From: an uncultured bacterium
GTDB lineage: Bacteria; Patescibacteriota; Minisyncoccia; UBA6257; GWB1-50-10
Direction of reading: 5' to 3'
Length of the DNA stretch: 64,000 nt
NCBI GenBank assembly: GCA_963768835.1
Contig: CAVYJB010000002.1
Span: forward strand, 136,230-200,229
The position numbers and the translations under genes are program-made. Positions 59,000 through 64,000 of this stretch are shown piece after piece (position 1 is the stretch's first letter; every line of letters starts with the position of its first letter). The notes below the pieces were generated by a model that saw only the letters and a program-made list of their open reading frames with translations, was not told the DNA's origin and made no database searches.

Positions 59000-59035
59000 A
59001 AACCCGATGGACGGGTTACGAGAATGCAACGATTC

Positions 59036-59479
59036 TCACTGAGCGGTCGTCGTGCTATTACCTGAAGGGGTGGAGCAATTCGTATAAGTTTTCACATTAT
59101 TCTCCGTGATGAACGCTGTATCGCCTGTATTCCAGAATACAATTGATTCGCCCGCATTCGCGTAGCGTCCGCCGTCGGCCGAGATCGTATGTGGCAGGGT
59201 CATGCTGCGGCCGTCGCTTAGGGTTAAGGCAACGCTGCCGCCGGGTATCGGAGGCTGGTTCGGGTTGGTCGAGGGAGTACTTGTGCCCGCATAGAACGCG
59301 GCATTAATCACTTTTCCTCCGTCGCAAGAAAATGTTGCTGTTGCGATAAGCTGACCGGTTGGTTGCCCTCCAGTGGGAGTTGATACGACCGGTGGCCGTG
59401 TTTGAGGCCGCGCAATGATTGCGACGGCAACTGCTACCATTAGAATCAAAACCACAATAAGGATATTCCTTGTCTTCAT
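59036..59479 (-). CDS. MliC-family lysozyme inhibitor (cassette R8-R9)
   Basis: F.CD.GK.I.A.FY, L...ISADGGRYAN....FWN.G..A; N-terminal TM. Confidence 0.85.
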   Translation of the reverse strand: MKTRNILIVVLILMVAVAVAIIARPQTRPPVVSTPTGGQPTGQLIATATFSCDGGKVINAAFYAGTSTPSTNPNQPPIPGGSVALTLSDGRSMTLPHTISADGGRYANAGESIVFWNTGDTAFITENNVKTYTNCSTPSGNSTTTAQ

Positions 59480-59539
59480 ATCTTTATATATAATATCACC
59501 ATTTTCAGAGCAAGGTTCTTGCAGTAGGGTGGTGGATGA

Positions 59540-59570
59540 AAAGATTCTAACTTCGTACTCTAGGGAGCTC
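59540..59570 (+). repeat. att-like repeat R9
   Basis: AAAGATTCTAACTTCGTACTCTAGGGAGCTC followed by AAACCCGGCGGACAG. Confidence 0.85.
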
Positions 59571-59673
59571 AAACCCGGCGGACAGCTTCTTGGAACCCAG
59601 TTCCTGATTGACTTCAAAGGAGGTCAGTAGTAGTTTTGGTTCAGTTCACAACACAGTTCATTAGGAGGTCCCC

Positions 59674-60099
59674 ATGGTACGAAAGGAATTGCTTGGAAGG
59701 TATTTCTTTTCCTGCCAGTGGTGCCGGTTCGACGGGAGATGTGTTCTGAAACACCACGAGGTGCTCGGCTTGCCCGCCGGTCCCGGCGTAGATGCAACCC
59801 CCCACCCTGGGCATGAGCATATTGGGTGGGCTTACTCGGCTTTTCAGGAAAATATGTCACGGGGACGTTGCACGGGTCGCGTTCTGGCGACGGAGAGCAT
59901 ATTTTTCCCCCTCCAGTGCGAATGCGGCACGGTCATCGACTCGGAGTGTGCAAAGCTCGAGCCGAATAAGCAGGGCAAGCGGCGGTTCCGGGTTGCAATG
60001 CGCCTCAAGCGGAAGAACCGCGACGGCCGTACGCTGTCGCAGGAAACGCTTGAAGAACTGAACGCGATCTGCCCGCCGGACCCGACCTATCCTAGGTAG
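59674..60099 (+). CDS. hypothetical Cys/His-rich protein (cassette R9-R10)
   Basis: AGGAGG RBS, TTGACT promoter at 59608, downstream hairpin plus T-run. Confidence 0.65.
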   Translation: MVRKELLGRYFFSCQWCRFDGRCVLKHHEVLGLPAGPGVDATPHPGHEHIGWAYSAFQENMSRGRCTGRVLATESIFFPLQCECGTVIDSECAKLEPNKQGKRRFRVAMRLKRKNRDGRTLSQETLEELNAICPPDPTYPR

Positions 60100-60183
60100 C
60101 AGAACGCTACGCCCCATCCCTTCTCTTCGAAAGAAGGATGAGGCTTTTATTTTTGGCGCCTTTTCGTCTTACGCCTCCGCCAA

Positions 60184-60214
60184 ACAGCCTCTGACATCGT
60201 ACACTCGAGGACCT
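60184..60214 (+). repeat. att-like repeat R10
   Basis: ACAGCCTCTGACATCGTACACTCGAGGACCT followed by AAAATCCAGCGGGCGGGTT. Confidence 0.8.
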
Positions 60215-60231
60215 AAAATCCAGCGGGCGGG

Positions 60232-60594
60232 TTACCCCTCCCGGAGTTTCCCTGCTGTATTCTTCTTAACCCGTGCCCGGACAAGCTTCTGAATGAGCGC
60301 GATGGGAAGTTTTTTGTCTAACGGAAAGTGAACAGCCGATTTCGTGGTTTTGTACGCCGCCAGTTCATTTTTATATTCCTCCACGACTGGCGGACGCAGA
60401 TAGAGCCCAATGTGTTTCTTCATGAGACCGAACCAGGCTATGCGTCCCTTGTCGTAGCCGGGCATTCCGTAACTTATGCTTTCCACGGCATCCGGTGCGA
60501 CTTCTCTTATTGCTGCCCTCATCGCTTTAAGCTTGCCGCGCGTTTCTTTCCGAGCTCTCGCGATGTAAGCATCCACATCCCTGTATTTTTTCAT
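60232..60594 (-). CDS. DUF1801 (YdhG-like) protein
   Basis: VDAYI, AP.A.E.ISYGMP, KHIGLY, K.AVHFP..K.LP..LI..LV.AR. Confidence 0.88.
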   Translation of the reverse strand: MKKYRDVDAYIARARKETRGKLKAMRAAIREVAPDAVESISYGMPGYDKGRIAWFGLMKKHIGLYLRPPVVEEYKNELAAYKTTKSAVHFPLDKKLPIALIQKLVRARVKKNTAGKLREG

Positions 60595-60767
60595 CCCCTT
60601 ATCATATCAAAAAGGAGCTCGCGAAAGGTTATTAGACCATCGCTTATAGGATTGGTCCTTAATAAAAAAACCAGACTCTTTATGTGGTCTGGTTATTTCT
60701 CGAGAAGTAAATACATCGGTGAGCCGATGACTACCCCCCCTTATTTATAAAGCGCCGTTCTACATCA

Positions 60768-60875
60768 TCATTTAGACGATGAATTCGCGCGCCCGTCCCA
60801 TATCAGCTCGATCAGACGAATGGCCGCGTAAGTCGCGACCGCCGTCAGGACCGCTTCACCGATGCGTACGAACAT
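60768..60875 (-). CDS. 35-aa hydrophobic small protein
   Basis: GGAGG RBS; MFVRIGEAVLTAVATYAAIRLIELIWDGRANSSSK*. Confidence 0.5.
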   Translation of the reverse strand: MFVRIGEAVLTAVATYAAIRLIELIWDGRANSSSK

Positions 60876-60964
60876 GGAAACCTCCGTTGATGTTGATTCT
60901 CGTGGATGATCTGTTGTTCTGGATAGGCACCACGATATGCCCCTTCAGTCATTGCTAAACCAAT

Positions 60965-61144
60965 TCAATCTTTCCGCCCCGGTCGGCCAGTTCGGCGCTC
61001 AAATTCCGCTTTCGGGAGCCAGCGTCCAGAGCGCTTCTTTTCAGAAACAGCTTCCTCGATGTACTGTCTACGCGCCCGCTCCTGATACTGAAGACCGCTC
61101 TCGCCACGCTTGCGTGTGTTGGCGAGATGACCAATTTTGCCCAT
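60965..61144 (-). CDS. 59-aa basic small protein
   Basis: AGGAGGAG RBS; MGKIGHLANTRKRGESGLQYQERARR...; TTGACA-17-TATGCT promoter upstream. Confidence 0.5.
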   Translation of the reverse strand: MGKIGHLANTRKRGESGLQYQERARRQYIEEAVSEKKRSGRWLPKAEFERRTGRPGRKD

Positions 61145-61339
61145 ATCACTCCTCCTATATGTGGTTATTAACTATACACTGCTAATCGGAGCATAGTGTT
61201 CTGAACGACACCTGTCAACGGGAGCAACGTACGCCCCTTTAGTGGTGGGATAACTCCAAAGTTCCATCGGCGGATTTCGTTGCCTTAAGGGGTTTTAGTG
61301 CTTTCTGCCGAGGAACCAATCGGGGGGTATAATTAAGAC

Positions 61340-61915
61340 ATGAATACCCCCTTCTTTACAGGGCGTGGCGATGGCGGGGAGAGCGCATACGGAGACCGGC
61401 GCCTGCGGAAGGACGATGCCCTCTTTGCGCTGCTCGGCGACCTTGACGAGTTGAACTCATGGATTGGTTTCTGTCGCGCGAAAGCTTCGGAGCTTGCGCC
61501 GAAAAAAGGAGCCGGAGTTCCCATTCTGGATTCCTTGGGGGACATTCAGGATACGCTTTTTACCGTGCAGGCAGAGGTCGCGGAAGTGGGGTTCGGATAC
61601 ACTTCCCGCGAACCGAAGCGCGTCACGCCCGCGCATACCCGGGCGCTTGAACAGACCATCGAGGCGATCGACTTGAAGCTGCCGCGTCTTTCCGCATTCG
61701 TTCTCCCTGGGGGCTCAGAACTCGCGGCCCGGCTGGATCTTGCGAGAACCGTTGCGCGTCGCATGGAGCGGGCCGCCGTCGCTTTCTCAGCGAAACACCC
61801 CCTTTCCGCAGAGCTTCTTAAATTTCTGAACCGTCTCTCGAGCACTCTCTTTGCGCTGGCGCGATACGCGAATCACTGTGCAGGAGTCGCCGAGAGTCAC
61901 CCGAAATATCAGTGA
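61340..61915 (+). CDS. PduO-type cob(I)alamin adenosyltransferase
   Basis: TGRGDGG, GDLDELNS.IG, FVLPGG, ARTVARR.ER, LNRLS..LF.LAR. Confidence 0.93.
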   Translation: MNTPFFTGRGDGGESAYGDRRLRKDDALFALLGDLDELNSWIGFCRAKASELAPKKGAGVPILDSLGDIQDTLFTVQAEVAEVGFGYTSREPKRVTPAHTRALEQTIEAIDLKLPRLSAFVLPGGSELAARLDLARTVARRMERAAVAFSAKHPLSAELLKFLNRLSSTLFALARYANHCAGVAESHPKYQ

Positions 61916-61939
61916 AAGCCAGGATGGTATACTGGGAAC

Positions 61940-62536
61940 ATGCCTGAGAAACTCGGTGAATCCCCGGAACAGCAACCGCCGCGATCGAAACTTTTCTCGC
62001 TTGGCGAGGAGTTGTCTGGAGATCCTACGGTTGACGCAGTCCGGAACGCTTTGGGGAGCGAGACGGAACCGACGCTGAAAGCGGCGGAGGGTATCCTTGA
62101 AGAGGCGGCGGATGAGGAAATCCAATACATGGAACAGGATCTTAGGGAACTTCTTGATAACCCCGAAGCCGTCCAAAAGCTCTGCGACCTGTTTCGCGAG
62201 AAGAGGGGTTGGGGGGATGGTGAGACGAGGGCGATGCTCGGAGTCCTTGAACACGCCCTTGTGGAACTAAACCACGGAACCACTCTTGTGGCTCCGGAGG
62301 AGACGGTGAAGGAGGCGGGGCCGGGAGGGAAGCGCTACCCTATGCCCTCAGGCGCGCGCGGGCTCGCGGAGACTCTTCGTTGGATCATCGCGCGGGACTA
62401 TAATCAGGATATGGCGTCGAAAGCGGGGGACCTCATCGGGCGATACGTCGGGGCGGCGGAGGAAAAAGTCCAGGAATACCGGCAGCGTGGCGCGCCGTCG
62501 AGCACCGCGAATGATTCCGAGGCGATAGAGGAGTAA
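61940..62536 (+). CDS. hypothetical acidic protein
   Basis: 198-aa ORF in operon-like spacing. Confidence 0.6.
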   Translation: MPEKLGESPEQQPPRSKLFSLGEELSGDPTVDAVRNALGSETEPTLKAAEGILEEAADEEIQYMEQDLRELLDNPEAVQKLCDLFREKRGWGDGETRAMLGVLEHALVELNHGTTLVAPEETVKEAGPGGKRYPMPSGARGLAETLRWIIARDYNQDMASKAGDLIGRYVGAAEEKVQEYRQRGAPSSTANDSEAIEE

Positions 62537-62545
62537 GATAAAGAC

Positions 62546-63058
62546 ATGTTTACCCTTGAAGAAATGCTCACGCGACTCGCGATAGCGATCGTTCTTGGTG
62601 CTATCGTGGGGGTTGAACGGGAAATTGCGGGTAAGGAAGCGGGGATTCGGACTGATATTTTAGTGGCCGGAGGCGCGACCATCTTCTCTATGGTAGCCCT
62701 TGCGCTCCCCGGCATTCTTGTAGCCGAGGGCGGAAATCTTGCGGATATTTTGGCGCACAATGGCGGGTTCCTTTCCATCATCGCGAACGTGGTGGTAGGG
62801 ATCGGTTTCCTTGGCGCCGGTATCATCGTGAAGCACGGCGTGCACGTGCGGGGGCTCACGACCGCGGCGAGCGTCTGGTTCGTAGCGGCGATCGGGGTGC
62901 TCGTGGGAATAGGTCTCCTGGAGTTTGCGACCATTGCGGCGCTGGGCCTCTCTCTGATTCTCGAGGTTCTCCGTCGCTTGAATGTCTATCGGTTTTTCGG
63001 GAAGAAGGGGGATGATGAGATAGACAGGGAGACGCAGGAGTCGAGCGACCCCGCGTGA
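62546..63058 (+). CDS. MgtC/SapB family protein
   Basis: G.ERE...K.AG.RT, VV.GIGFLGAG.I, GLTTAA..W..AAIG. Confidence 0.93.
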   Translation: MFTLEEMLTRLAIAIVLGAIVGVEREIAGKEAGIRTDILVAGGATIFSMVALALPGILVAEGGNLADILAHNGGFLSIIANVVVGIGFLGAGIIVKHGVHVRGLTTAASVWFVAAIGVLVGIGLLEFATIAALGLSLILEVLRRLNVYRFFGKKGDDEIDRETQESSDPA

Positions 63059-63061
63059 ACC

Positions 63062-63646
63062 ATGGGGGACGCACCATTCATTCCAGAGCCCGGCGTGAGC
63101 TATTCCGCCGGTGTTGCGTATGTGGTTCTCCGAGGAAGCACGCCGCAGCTTCTTCTCGTGCTCCAAAAGTCAGGTGAGCAGAACGCCCAGAAGAGCGGCA
63201 ATGTTTTCGTGGAACCACGGGTATGGAAAATGCCAATGGGCCACTTCGACGCGACACGAGATGGGACGCTCTCCGAAACGGCGGAACGCGAATTCGCCGA
63301 GGAGACCGGACTCGAACTATCTGCAAAGGCTCTGGACCCGACGCTCTCGGTCGCGCTCCGTATCCCCTCGGAGCGGCCCGGTTCGAAGTATCACGAGGAT
63401 CGATTCTTTTTAGTAATCAGCAAGACGGCACCGCCCGCCGCAAAAGGGAAGAACCGCGATGCGATTATCGAGGACGCCAGGCTCTTCCCGCTTGGAGGAC
63501 TCCCGAATGGCGAAGGACCGAACGAGAAAGGGGCCGCGATGGCATGGGGACACCGGCGGAAGCTTGTGCGGCTCCTCGCCGCCTGCCGGGAGGATGCACG
63601 GGTTCGGCCTCTCATCGAGCTCATCAAGAGTATCGCCACGGCGTAA
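63062..63646 (+). CDS. NUDIX hydrolase
   Basis: W..P.GH...TAEREFAEETGL. Confidence 0.85.
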   Translation: MGDAPFIPEPGVSYSAGVAYVVLRGSTPQLLLVLQKSGEQNAQKSGNVFVEPRVWKMPMGHFDATRDGTLSETAEREFAEETGLELSAKALDPTLSVALRIPSERPGSKYHEDRFFLVISKTAPPAAKGKNRDAIIEDARLFPLGGLPNGEGPNEKGAAMAWGHRRKLVRLLAACREDARVRPLIELIKSIATA

Positions 63647-63702
63647 TAAAAAATTCGCCCCTGCACGTCATAAAGACCCGCAGGGGCGATTTTGTGCCGC
63701 GG

Positions 63703-63999
63703 TTATACCGTGGCGGATTGGAGCTTCTGAAACATCGGGAGGAGATTGATGAAACCAAGATGCGCCGGCTTCACATGGATACCTTCCAGACACGGATCCT
63801 CGAATTTCTCGATAGCGCCGTTGGAGCTCTTCTCCCGCGGTACCAACTCGATCTCCGCGATCGGATCCACGAAGCGCGCTTCCGTGACCTCCTCCGCGCT
63901 GTCCCGGATACGCTTCGGGACCTCCTGGGAAACTCCCGGGTAGACCTCGAGGTTTCCGGTGAAGACGAAGTGAAAATGTCCGTGCTTATCAACCGAGAT
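63703..63999 (-). CDS. 3' part of a gene running off the window (NUDIX C-terminal-like)
   Basis: Open frame ISVDKHGHFHFVFTG...EEVTEARFV...SATV*; hairpin at 63650-63695 between convergent genes. Confidence 0.5.
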   Translation of the reverse strand: MSVDKHGHFHFVFTGNLEVYPGVSQEVPKRIRDSAEEVTEARFVDPIAEIELVPREKSSNGAIEKFEDPCLEGIHVKPAHLGFINLLPMFQKLQSATV

Positions 64000-64000
64000 C

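Larger units (their letters stand above)
44190..60600. mobile_element. tRNA-His-anchored genomic island / gene-cassette array
   Basis: Begins at tRNA 3' end with LSR remnant; accessory cargo; ten att-like direct repeats; right boundary uncertain. Confidence 0.8.

Noticed and set aside
48985-60214. CRISPR array interpretation of the ~31-bp repeats
   Set aside because: Spacers are 0.5-5 kb and contain whole genes; repeats are degenerate; no cas genes are present
48985-60214. Classical integron attC sites or Xer/dif modules
   Set aside because: No RYYYAAC...GTTRRRY palindromic attC structure, no IntI, and no match to the XerC/XerD 11-6-11 dif consensus; all copies are direct and tRNA-like
60752-60780. 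GTTCTACATCATC as a terminal copy of the repeat
   Set aside because: Match is too short and lacks the CTAGGGGACCC half, so the island's right end remains undefined
61340-61915. PduO as evidence of cobalamin metabolism
   Set aside because: Stand-alone PduO is widespread; no other B12 genes are in the window

Overview
A 64-kb segment of a compact bacterial chromosome, most likely Patescibacteria/CPR (Parcubacteria-like). This assignment is inferred from gene content and style; standard code 11 applies because TGA is used as a stop. The left ~44 kb is mostly housekeeping: infC-rpmI-rplT, smpB/ssrA, argS, ileS with a histidine-phosphatase insert, trpS, rnj, rny, hup, gpmI, secG, a membrane-anchored Clp ATPase and six tRNAs, interrupted by stand-alone ORFan units. 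From tRNA-His (44143-44214) to ~60.6 kb lies an accessory island. It starts with a 5'-truncated large serine recombinase (LSR) whose stop codon lies inside the tRNA. It contains at least ten direct copies of a ~31-bp motif (consensus ACAGGTTCTAACnTCnTmCACTAGGGGACCC). Eight consecutive intervals between copies (490-1191 bp) each hold exactly one gene, in either orientation, often with its own promoter and terminator. The motif resembles the tRNA-His 3' end, but its GGTTC.AA box sits 5 bp further from the ACCC core, which matches the known attP-versus-attB geometry of LSR sites. The best reading is a tRNA-anchored, serine-recombinase-built, integron-like gene-cassette array. This is an inference and has not been checked against databases.
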